A stretch of 64,000 bases of DNA, taken from assembly GCF_963921235.1 (NCBI RefSeq), contig NC_086097.1, positions 1,054,001-1,118,000 of the forward strand, in the 5' to 3' direction. A program made the position numbers and the translations under genes. The number at the start of each line of letters is the position of its first letter. The first letter of the stretch is position 1. Of this stretch, positions 52,133-63,500 are shown in pieces. The DNA is from Mobula hypostoma. Its lineage: Eukaryota. Under the pieces are notes generated by a model, which saw only the letters and a list, made by a program, of their open reading frames with translations, was not told where the DNA came from and ran no database searches.

Positions 52133-55100
52133 CAGTCTTCATGAGGACGTTAACTGCCATAGTTGTGAAGTCTTTCGTGCAGGCAGCATGTGTCTGAGAC
52201 TCTGGTGCAAGTTCATAGCTGCTCACTCCAGTCACACTGTTTACATACACCGTCTTCCCCAGAGATCCGTCAAAATACTGCAGCCATTGTGAAGAAAAAC
52301 CTTTCAAAGTATTGACACCTTGACGGGTGCCCACACCAACATCTGCTTCAGCAGCTCCTGGTACTGTGGGAATCCATGAAGGGTCAAATTCCTTACTGCT
52401 GGCCACAGCATCATCCTGTTGGCTTAAGTGCTCTTCAATTGTTTCATCTGTTTGGGGTTGGTCTCCAGGGTGCAGCTCAGGCTGTGAAACTGCTCCATCA
52501 ACTGCCCTTTCCTCAGTTGTAGCACGAGACAATTCCTCTGAATTAGACTTTTCATTAATCATAGCAAGGTTGCATATATTTCCAGCACCTGTACAACTTC
52601 CCTCTCCACCAACTCCCGCACAGTTATCAGAGTTTGCTTCAGCTCCTGAGAGCTGTGGTTCTGGAGATAAACAGTGTGGAGATGCATGTTCCAGCTCCGG
52701 AAGCCTCTCTAGGCTCTGGAAAGGTGAAATACAGTCTGCAAAACTCCTTGAATTGCACTCCCAACTCTTCTCTCCTTGTCCAAGGTATTTTAATCTGGAC
52801 AATTTTGCAGCCAAGGTTTTTGGAAGCCCCTTGGAAACAGGGGTAATGTTTTTGTTTTGTGAATAAGTAGCTTGTGCAATAAGACTGGGCTGCACTTGGG
52901 ATATGTGTCCAGCTATTGACCTAGAGCCACAAGTATGCAAATTCCTTTGGAAGCCAACAGACTGGCTGTGCAGTAAACTCTCACTGCAGACATTAGCTCC
53001 AAAGTCTGGGCATCTTGCACCTACATTCTGGTTCAAATTGTCTGCTTCTTTAATTACCGTGGCATCCTCTGGTATCGATTTCATGGCTAGACTACCATCG
53101 CCATGTCGAGTGACCTCAGTATGTTGGGAAGAGTTGCTTCCATCCTGACCACTGGCCCTCCCATATTCTCTTCTAAATGCATCCAGCGAAGCAGTTATCA
53201 GAGACATACTTAGCTTGCTGCGGAATCTAGCTTGACAGGAGATAGGTTCACAATTGGCAACTTTTCTGCACTTGGAATTAACATGATCTTTCAGTGACAT
53301 AATCTTCCCAGGTGTCATCACTGATTCAGTGAGGCTCCCAGACTGATTATGATACTGGGAAGTACTCTGAACTTTCTGACAAAGCCTGTTGGATCTTCGG
53401 GGTTCGGCCTTCCCACATTCCCTAGTGTCACTCAAGTGCATATTGCCCCCAGCCATAAGCCGAGTACATCCCCTTTTCAATCTCTCATTAATATCCCAGG
53501 CACTGACTGGGCCTAAGTGAAAGGTACGTCCCCTCTCTGTATCGTTTCCACGTTCGAGGTCAGAACCTTTCATTTTCATAGGGATCACATGGGTTATAAG
53601 ACCTGTGACACCAAGTTCCACTCCCTGACTCTCCTTGTGTGTCTGTTTTCCCGAGAGCTCCTTTCGCCCTGTCTGCAGTCCACTAACCTCCCCTTCTGTT
53701 GTCTGCACCTCCTCTTGAGGTGAGACACTGCTACCTGATGAGCCCTCACTCTCATAAGCAACAGCAATCTGATAAATTCCATCTCCTTTTGTGAGCACCT
53801 GCTCTCTGCTGGGCTGCACCAGCTTCATTGGCTGTGTCTCAGGGCTATCTGATGTACTCAGGCCGCTGAGGGAACTGCTGTCTCCTGACTCTTTCCACAG
53901 AGACTTGTTGCAGGCAGTTGTCCGCTGACCAGCAATGTCTAAAATGGGTTTTGGAGCTTCAGTAGAGTGTAGCGCAATGCCTGAATGTTCCGAGACTGGT
54001 TCTTCATCCTCAGCACCCAACACCCCAACCTTCTCAATTGTTGCAAGCCCCTGATACACAGCATTTTCCCTAGAGGTTTCAGGTAGTACTGCCTGCCTAT
54101 AAACAGATTTGGACTGGACTGCAGCCATTTCATGTGAGAACACAGGTTTTGAGCTGAGAAGAGGTGACTGGGGATGTTCCTGTTCCTCTAAAGGCTCCAG
54201 TAGCAGTTTCTCCTGTAGCAGGAAGGCATGGACTCCCTCCTCCAAGCAGCTCAGCAGCAGGTCCCAGGAGCTGAACTCCAGCAAGGTGCGACCAGTCTCC
54301 CAGCAGGCATCATACTGCCTATGGTCACACCTGACATTGATGATATAAACAGGGTGGAGATCAGGGCTTCCACGGGACCCAGTAGAGCATCCTGACCTAC
54401 ATATCAGGCTGCTTCGCCTGATCAGCAAATCCAGTTGCACATGTATACGGGTTTTTAGCACCAGTCGCCCATTGACAAACACCTGCCGCTGTGCCTTGGT
54501 ATGGTGGCCCTGTCGGCTAATGAAACCGCTGATATGGAAACAGTCATTTGAGTGCTGAACAGGGCCAAGAGCTGCTGCCTTCTGTGTACCGTAGATCTGA
54601 GCAAAGCGAGCCGGCAAGCTGCTCGCTTTCGGCAGCCTGACTACAAGCGAGCCTCCAGCTGTGGAAGAGGCTTCGTTCCGCAAGGTGAAGGAGACTCCAG
54701 GATGCAGAAGACTCAGGGCTTGAACTCTGAGACGGATCTGCTCCCACTCCAGGGTTCGGATCATACGGCGTCGCCTCACTGGCAGTCGGTAAAAGAGATT
54801 GCATACAGTGACAGTGGTGCCGGGGCTGGGCCTGGCTACCTCGGCCCTGTACACCTGCTGGGCCTGTCCATTGCGGAACAACTTGACCCATGTCTGGCTG
54901 CCACCACCTCGTGGCCTGCTCACTATCTCCAGCAGACCCGACAAGTGTGCAATGCTGGCCAGTGCCTCACCACGACACCCAGGCCCCACTTCAGGCTCCT
55001 CCTCCAATCCTTCTCCAGGGCCCTCTCCACCCCCGAGTTCTTCTCCCTGTCCACTCCCGGGATTCTCTTCCTCTGTAGAACCCCCGGAACCCCCTCCCTG

Positions 55101-55436
55101 TCCATCCCAGGGGCAGTCTGGCCGTGTATTCCAGGGAACCCCACCCTGCCGGGCCCCAGGCCTTTCCCCAGACCCAATGGCGCGGCTACTGTGGTAGCGC
55201 GCTCCCGCCAGCACCAGCGCCGCGCGCTCCAGCCCCACGCCGTTATCTGCCACCTGCACGCGCCCGATATCTGCGTTAACGCGAGCCGCCACGCAACCGC
55301 AGCCGGCTGCCAGGCTGTTCAGCAGCAATTCTTCCAGGCAGTGGGCGAGCGACGGCACTTTCACTGCCGAACGAAGTCCGTCCTGTACGGTCACCGACAG
55401 CGAGCGCAGCTTCTGCGGCGGCATTTCCTTATCCAT
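52133..55436 (-). CDS. MLH3: MLH3 large first coding exon (GHKL ATPase domain, transducer domain, long linker); equivalent to human exon 2
   Basis: 1127-aa ORF with MutL N-terminal motifs (LRSAVKVPSLAHCLEELLLNS, VQVADNGVG, RGEALASIA, GTTVTVCNLFYRLPVRR, VFVNGRLV) and the MLH3-type WLQYFDGSLGKTVYVNSVTG segment. The ORF-track start at 55448 is GTG; the first ATG is at 55436. The exon ends at ...ATGAAGACTG|GTGAGT (donor 52132-52127, phase 1). Confidence 0.95.
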
Positions 55437-55620
55437 GCGACCCGACACCAGAACCAGAGCCAGGCCGCCTCCAGCCCCCTAGGCCCCGTTACCGTAGCAA
55501 CCGGAACCGCCCTCGACGCAGGCGCTTGCGCCGCACTGCGGGCGCCGCGAGGACTGCAGGAAATGTGAGGGGAGGGGAGGGCAGGGCGGGAGGGTCGAGT
55601 CGGCTGGTGCTGTGGAGGGG
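55150..55620 (-). promoter_or_regulatory. CpG island / probable MLH3 promoter with an RFX X-box (GTTACCGTAGCAAC, 55488-55501), NRF1-like CGCAGGCGCTTGCGC (~55517-55531) and a GC box (GGGCGGG ~55584-55590)
   Basis: The most CpG-dense stretch of the window, overlapping the start codon; motif matches read directly from the sequence. Confidence 0.75.
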
Positions 55621-55918
55621 GAAGCTGTCTGGGTGGTATTGAGTGAATCTCCCTCATAACTGGGAGAGAGAATGGCTCATAATAGTATGTTAATGAGGTA
55701 AACCAGGCTCCTGATGGGAGATACAGTGTGTTAGACCACCAGACATAGGTCATTTGGTCCATTGAATCTGATCTGCCTTTTCATCATGACTGATTTATTT
55801 TCTTTCTCAACCCCATTTTCCTGCCTTGTCCCCAGAACCTTTGATATCCTGACTAATCAAGAACCTATCAATCTCCAGTTTAAATATACTGAAAATCAAA
55901 TTGTTTAATTATCAGTTA

Positions 55919-56585
55919 CAGACATTCCACCCTGCAAAAACTCATTTCAGGGAGGTAGCACCATCAATTTGCTAGAGACTCTTGGAACTTATGGGGGAGG
56001 TGGGATGTTTGCAATAGAGTAGCTCCTTAGCAGCTAGCCAGCTAGTTTAAATAACGTTAGCTATACTAATGAACGAATGACACCTGTTAAACTCACCTCA
56101 ACATGTCTTTTACAGTCTTAACCCACCATAGGCAATAGAAAAGTCACTGTTACAAACCGCAGCAAGCAACACTGTCATTATTTTTTTTTACCCCCTAGGC
56201 AGGGGTACACTTTAGGGTAGGCAGGGGTGACGTATGTTTTATATTAAGCAACACACATCAAAGTTGCTGGTGAACGCAGCAGGCCAAGCAGCATCTATAG
56301 GAAGAGGCGCAGTCGACGTTTCAGGCCGAGACCCTTTTTGGAACACTCTGCCATGGCGTGCGCATGCTCTCTCACTCGCGCTCTCTCGTCATTTTCGCTT
56401 GCTTTCTCTCGCTCGCGCGCTCTCACTTGCTTACTCTCTCTCTCGTGGTCGCTCTCTTGCTTTCTCTCTCTGGCTCGCTCTCAAAAAAATTGATTTCCGT
56501 GATATTGTATATAATTTGCGGGCATCAGGGAGCCACCATTGATATAAAGGAGACTCCGGAACTTCCGGCAGGGGTGGGATGTCTG
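55919..56585. mobile_element. Non-autonomous DNA transposon (MITE) with ~17-bp TIRs CAGACATYCCACCC(C)TGC; contains a PLE fragment (~56247-56335) and a (TCTCGC)n-like microsatellite
   Basis: Left cagacattccaccctgc at 55919, right gcaggggtgggatgtctg ending at 56585; subterminal direct repeat gagact..ggaactt...gtgggatgt; TSD unclear. Confidence 0.7.
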
Positions 56586-56802
56586 CAGTCAGACCATACA
56601 TGGATACAGTTGAACAGCCCAGGTGTATATACATTCACAATAGCGAGAGAGAAAAAAACACACATTACACAAGAAAACACGTGTGTAATCCAGGTCCCTG
56701 AGCAACATGCAAATTGATGGTACAGCTATGGGCAATCCAGCCTGTCCTTCTGCCAGTCGATCACTGGAGGGCAGCACTTACAAACGAGGTTAGCTCCCAA
56801 AT

Positions 56803-58875
56803 TAGTCCGTGAGCCAGGACCCCAAATTTGGGCCACCTGTACCATCTGGGGGGAATAATTCTTATAGTGATTTTTGGCAAGGTATACACCCATAGTGCTA
56901 GAAAATATGTGATAGTATTGCAGTGATGGTAGCTTGCATGATCACCGTCATGCTATAAGAACCATGATCCTATGGTGCTTTGCCTATGATAAGATGAATT
57001 ATGCCAGGTACCTGTCCCCTTACTTTGCTCAGATGATGAACCTCCCAGAGAAGAATCCTTCTCTGTCTGAGGCCTTCAAGACAGGCCAATTCTCAGTGCA
57101 GCTGTCAAGTAACAACCTCTTTGGGCAGATCCCTGTGGACCAGGCTATTGAAGCCACAGTGAACAAAGACACACAGACTCCTGGAGGCACATCACGGTTC
57201 AGCCTGAATGCTGGAGCCATCAAGCGTTACTACGTAAGAGCTGAGCACGCAGTGCATTCCTGGGACAGTTAAGGGAGATGGTGCAAGGCAACAAGTCAGA
57301 GCTTTGTCACATGGAGCTGCAGCAGCCAAAAATCCAGAAAGATGAGGAGGCAGTTTCAGCAGTGGTTAGCCTCATACATGGTCAACCCATTTGCAGAGAA
57401 GCAGGACCTCATTAGCATCTCTATGGCAAAGGCAGCCCCCAAGGACATTGCCTCTAACCTGATGAAGGCATATGAGATTGGTGAGCAAAGCTATGCAGCC
57501 TTCAAGGATGAGAGACTAGAGGAAGACCCACCAACAAAGAAATTCCATGACCCAATGAAAACCAACAAGCTGAAAACATTCAGTAAATGTGTAAGAAGAG
57601 AGAAGTGAAATCAAATGGGAGGGTGATCATCTTGAAAGCAGACAGGTCTTTGTTTAGATGCATCATAGTGATGGCACAAGGGCTCAGTCTACATATGGAG
57701 GATATCCTTTCTCGTCCCCTTGGACCGTTGTCCTGGGCCCTGTCCACACCAGAAGGATTGCTGAGAAAGACAAATAAAGCTACTTTAGCCACAACCTTGC
57801 AGAAAAATGTAGCAGTAGAAGAGCAACTCCCAGGAAACTCTGCTAGAGTGGTTGATGGAATGAACTTGGTCCAAAGAGTGAAAGGTGATCAAGTTACTTT
57901 CAGAGATGTTGCCACGACAATTCTGGGTATAGCTCTGAGGGAAGGCAGTCAGAGTAGCAGAATAGATGTTGTGTTTGACACATACAAGGAGAACTCTATC
58001 AAGAATAGTGAAAGGTCTCTACGGGGTGAAGATACTGGTCATGAGTTGCAAGGTATCACATGCACACAGATGGTGAGGCAGTGGAGGAGCTTCCTGACCA
58101 AAGTCAGTAACAAAAATAGTCTCATCAGCTTCATAGTCCATGAATGGAAGAAGGCGGAGTACAGAGCAAAGCTACAGGAGAAGATTCTGTATGCAATTGT
58201 GAATGACAAATGTTACAGAATCACATCTCAAGACAGTGAGGAGGTGTCAGCTCTTCAGTGTCAACAAAAAGAAGCAGATGGCTGCCTACTTCTCCATGCT
58301 GCCCATGCCACGAGAGGGATACCAATCTGTAGTGATCTGCTCAGAAGACACAGATGCCTTTATCATGTCTTTAGCATTTTGTGACAAGATTGAGGCCCCA
58401 TTGTTCCAGAAGTGTGGGACTAGAGAACCCGTACAAGGCTTGTAGCATCAGGAAAGTTGCTGCCACTGTTGGCATAGAGGTTTGTAGGGCTCTCTTCGGG
58501 TTGCACGCATATACAGGATGTGACACTGTAAGCGCTTTTGCAGACAAAGGGAAGACAAGTGCCCTAAAACTTCTGACCAGCAACAGGGAAACTCAGGACA
58601 CATTCTTAGAGTTGGGTCAGGAATGGGACCTCTCCCCAGAACTGATGGACAAACTGGAGGCACTTACATGTCTCCTGTATGCCCCCAAAGCATCGACCAC
58701 TGATGTTAATATGGAATATATACAAAAAGTGATTACTTATTTGAAGTAATAAAGCTGCCACTGGTGCAATGCTATCGCATATTTTCTAACTCTAGAGATG
58801 TATACCTTGCCAAAAATCACTACAAGCATTATTCCCCTCAGATGGTACTGACCAACCCCACTGGCTCACAGGCTA
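56803..58875 (+). mobile_element. Academ (AcademX-type) DNA transposon, internally deleted; decayed transposase C-terminal part plus XPG/FEN1-like nuclease domain
   Basis: TAG...CTA termini, ~125-bp imperfect TIRs, AAT TSD (56800-56802 and 58876-58878); NYARY, DQAIEATVNKD, VDGM, RIDVVFDTY, EAD..LLLHA, SEDTD, TGCDTVSAF..KGK. Confidence 0.85.
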
Positions 58876-59579
58876 AATGAGCACAGATTCCACACTACAC
58901 CGCCTCCAGTGTTTTCTCACTTGGACTGCATCAGCAGGCAAGCCCACGGCTTGAGGCCATGTCCTCGCTACACCGAGCCCTTGCTGTTCCCTTGTCATCT
59001 GTCTCACGACCAAACAGGGGAAACAAGCCTGCAGCATCTCACATTATCAATGTCCAACAGGGTCTTGAGTTTGCGAGAGAAACATCCAAGACAGTTACAG
59101 TTATGCTGCACGCTGCTTTTGCGCACCAACTCCGATGTCTTTGAGTAGCAGGCAGCAACACTGTCTGCACGCAGGTCAGCCCCTCCAAACCTTCTCTGGT
59201 CCACCTGCCAGCTTCTTCTCCAGCTCAACCGATGGCTTCTCCTTCTAGCCATCCACCAGCTTCTTCTTCGACTCTTCCACGGTCCGTGCAACACCCCGGT
59301 CGGCAGCTCCAAAGAACGAACAGATCACAGACGTTTTAAACTTGCTGTACCCATTGGTCTTGGAGTACTGTATGGTCTTTTGATCATTAAAAAAATCACA
59401 TTTTAAAAAGAAAAGTGCACCTTTGGTTAGCTCCCAAGAGGCTGCTGCGTTGGAACACACCACCAACTTACCAGCGTGTTTGAACTTACTTAGCCTCTTC
59501 AGCAGTCTGATTCACCACCTCCTGGCTAAAGAAATGTTTCCTTATCTGGGTCCTAAATGGACATCCCTCTACTCAGGCT

Positions 59580-60070
59580 GTGAATGTCGTGAAATTTGTT
59601 GTCTTTGCAACAGTGGTACACTGCAATACATAATAACAGAAAAAAGTGAATTACTGCAAGCCTATATATACATTAAATAGTTATATTAAGTAAGTAGTGC
59701 AAAAATAGAAATAAAAAAGTACTGAGGTAGTGTTCAATGTCCATTCAGAAATTGGGTGGCAGAGAGGAAGAAGCTATTCCTGAATCACTGAGTGTGCCTT
59801 CAAACTTCTGTAGTTCCTTCCTGATGGTAGCATTGAGAACCAGCCATAACCTGGTTGACAGGGGTCCTTGAAGATGTCCTGAATACTATGGAGGTTAGTG
59901 CCCATGATGGATCTGACTAAGTTTACAACTCTCTTCGGATTATTTCAACCCTGTGCTGTAGCCCGTCCATTCCAGATGGTGATGTAGCCTGTTAGAATGC
60001 TCACTGTGGTACATCTGTAGAAATTTGCAGGTGTCTTTTGTGACGTACTAAATCTCAAACTCCTAATGAA
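59580..60070 (-). mobile_element. Rex1-like LINE 3' fragment
   Basis: Reverse complement homologous to 43000-43400. Confidence 0.7.
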
Positions 60071-60539
60071 ATCCCAGTCAAGGTGGCGCCAGCAAACAAT
60101 GATTCCTCAGGTGACAGCTTCCAGAGAGTCAATTACTTATTTCAATTATCTCATTTTTTCTATGCCTTTTACTTATGCTTTTTATCTTAATTCTGCTCAG
60201 GAAACTGTGGAAGTCTATGACTTACAGTTTAGCGTTCAATCAAGTGACCTAGTGCTCTGCTGTCCCCAAGGAAGTTCCAGGACAGAACCACAATCATGCG
60301 CTGTCCTGAACAGGAGACCAGAGATGGGGCGCAGGGACATGATCAACCTTATTTCTTGCTGATCAAAGCTTTGAGGAAAATTGACACACCAAGGGGAAAT
60401 CAGAGGAGGCCGGATCAGTGGTTGCTCTTAACAGGTCAGGTCAGGGGTCAAGTGGCGGCGTGAGGCCAGAGGTCCATCTCCACGGTAGGTCACATCAGGC
60501 TGGAAGTCGCTCCCTGGGGAGGCCGCGTCGGACCAGAGG

Positions 60540-63500
60540 GATGTTATGTATAAGTTGTATAAGATGCTGGTGAGGTCTAATTTGGAGTATCGTGTGCAGT
60601 TTCTCTCACCTACCTACAAGTGAAATGTAATCAAAGTTGAAAGAGTACACAAGGATGCTGGAATTGATGGTTTTAATGCAAAGTTTGCAGATGATATGAA
60701 GATAGGTGGAGGGGCAGGAAGATTTGAGGAAGTAGAGAGGCTACAGAAAGATTAGACAGATTAGGAGAATGGGCAAATAAATGACAGTTTGAATACAGTG
60801 TTGGGAAGTGTATGGGCATGCACTTTGGTAGAAGAAATAAAAGAGTTGACTTTTCTAAATGGAGAGAAAAATACAAAATACTGAGGTGCAGAGGGACTTG
60901 GAAATCCTTGTGCAGGAAATTTGCAGTTTGAATCAACGACAATGAAGGCAAATGCAATGTTTGAATTCATTTCAAGAAGACCAGAGTATAAAAGAAAGGA
61001 TGTAAAGTTCAGACTTTATAAAGCACTGGTGAGGCCTCACGTGGAGTATTGTGAGCAGATTTGGGCCCCTTATCTTAGAAAGGATGTGCTGATGTTGGTT
61101 AGGGTTCAAAGGAGGTTGATGAAAATAATTCCATGATTGAATGGCTTGTCATATGAAGAGCGTCTGCTGGCTCTGGGCCTGTATCCTCTGGAATGCTAGG
61201 GCTTTATAAGTCACCGGTGAGGCCTCACCTTGAGTATTGCAAACAGTTTTGGGCCCCTCATCTTAGAAAAGATGTGCTGGCATTGGAGAGGGTCCAGAGG
61301 AGGTTCACAAGGATGATTCCAGGAATGAAAGGGTTACCATACGAGAAAGGCATTCTCTGTAGGCATTTAGAGAATCATGGTCTGATCGGGGACAGTCAGC
61401 ATGGCTTTGTGAAGGGCAGATCGTGTCTAACAAGCCTGATAGAGTTCTTTGAGGAGGTGACCAGGCATATAGATGAGGGTAGTGCAGTGGATGTGATCTA
61501 TATAAATTTTAGTAAGGCATTTGACAAGGTTCCACACAGTAGGCTTATTCAGAAAGTCAAAAGGCATGGGATCCAGGGAAGTTTGGCCAGGTGGATTCAG
61601 AATTGGCTTTCCTGCAGAAGGCAGAGGGTGGTGGTGGAGGGAGTACATTCAAATTGGAGGGTTGTGACTAGTGGTGTCCCACAAGGATCTGTTCTGGGAC
61701 CTCTACTTTTCGTGATTTTTATTAACGACCTGGATGTGGGGGGTAGAAGGGTGGGTTGGCAAGTTTGCAGACGACACAAAGGTTGGTGGTGTTATAGATA
61801 GTGTAGAGGATTGTCGAAGATTGCAGAGAGGCATTGATAGGATGCAGAAGTGGGCTGAGAAGTGGCAGATGGAGTTCAACCCGGAGAAGTATGAGGTGGT
61901 ACATTTTGGAAGGACAAACTCCAAGGCAGAGTACAAAGTAAATGGCAGGATACTTGGTAGGGTGGAGGAGCAGAGAGATCTGGGGGTACGTGTCCACAGA
62001 TTCCTGAAAGTTGCCTCACAGGTAGATAGGGTAGTTAAGAAAGCTTATGAGGTGTTAGCTTTCATAAGTTGAGGGATAGAATTTAAGAGTCGCGAGGTAA
62101 TGATGCAGCTCTATAAAACTCTGGTTAGGCCACACTTGGAGTACTGTGTCCAGTTCTGGTCGCCTCACTATGGGAAGGATGTGGAAGCATTGGAAAAGGT
62201 ACAGAGGAGATTTACCAGGATGCTGCCTGGTTTAGAGAATATGGATTATGATCAGAGATTAAGGGAGCTGGGGCTTTACTCTTTAGAGAGAAGGAGGATG
62301 AGAGGAGACATGATAGAGGTATACAAGATATTAAGAGGAATAGATAGAGTGGATAGCCAGCGCCTCTTCCCCAGGGCACCACTGCCCAATACTAGAGGAC
62401 ATGGCTTTAAGGTAAGGGGTGGGAAGTTCAAGGGGGATATTAGAGGAAGGTTTTTCACTCAGAGAGTGGTTGGTGCGTGGAATGCACTGCCTGAGTCAGT
62501 GGTGGAGGCAGATACACTAGTGAAGTTTAAGAGACTACTAGACAGGTATATAGAGGAATCTAAAGTGGGGGCTTATATGGGAGGCAGGGTTTGAGGGTCG
62601 GCACAACATTGTGGGCCGAAGGGCCTGTACTGTGCTGTACTATTCTATGTTCTATGTTCTATGTAAACATTTGATGGTCTGTACTCACTGGAATTCTGAA
62701 GGATGAGGAGGGATCTCACTGAAACATTTCAAATGTTGAAAGGCCTTGACAGAGTAGATGTGGAAAGGATATTTCCCATGGTGGGGGAATCAAGGACAAG
62801 AGGGCACAGTTTCAGATAGAGGGGTGCCTCTTAAAAACAGAGATGCGGAGAAATTTCTTCAGGCAAAGTGTAGTGAATTTGTGGAGTTTGTTGCCACGTG
62901 CAGCTGTGGAGACTAGGTTGTCGGGTGTATTTAAGGCAGAGATTGAGAGGTTCTTGATTGGACATGGCATCAAAGGTTATGGCAAGAAAGCCAGGAACTG
63001 GGTTTGAAGGAGAAAAAAAGGATTAGCCATGATTGAATGGCGCAGCAGACTCGATGGGCCAGATGGTCTAATTCTGCTCCTATGTGCTACGGTCTATGGA
63101 ATTCAGAAGAATGAGGGGTGACCTCATTGAAACCTATGGAATGGTGGAAGCCCTTCATAGTGTGGATAGAGAGGATGTTTTCTATGGTGGGAAATTCTAA
63201 GACCAGAGGACACAACTTTGGAATAGAGGGGTGTCCTTTTAGAATGCAGATGAGGAGGAATTTCTTTAGCCAGGCAGTGGTGTATCTGTGGAATTCTGTG
63301 CCAGGAAGCTGTCCAGGGCAAGTCTTTAGAAATGGTGACATAGGGTCAGAGAATGTTGAATCTTTGTGGGTGGAGTTAAGAAACTGCAAGAGTGAAAAAA
63401 ACATTATGGGAATCATATATAGGCCTGGACGTAGTAGCCAAGATGTGGGTTTGAGATTGCAAAGGGAGCTGGAAAAGGCATGTAATAAGGGTAGTGTCAC

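Noticed and set aside
55437..55448. ORF-track start at 55448
   Set aside because: The codon is GTG; the first in-frame ATG is at 55436.
54552..55568. 338-aa plus-strand ORF
   Set aside because: Antisense shadow of the GC-rich MLH3 exon; no recognisable domain.
58900..59400. Short ORFs upstream of MLH3 as a possible divergent neighbour gene
   Set aside because: No recognisable protein similarity; more likely repeat-derived.
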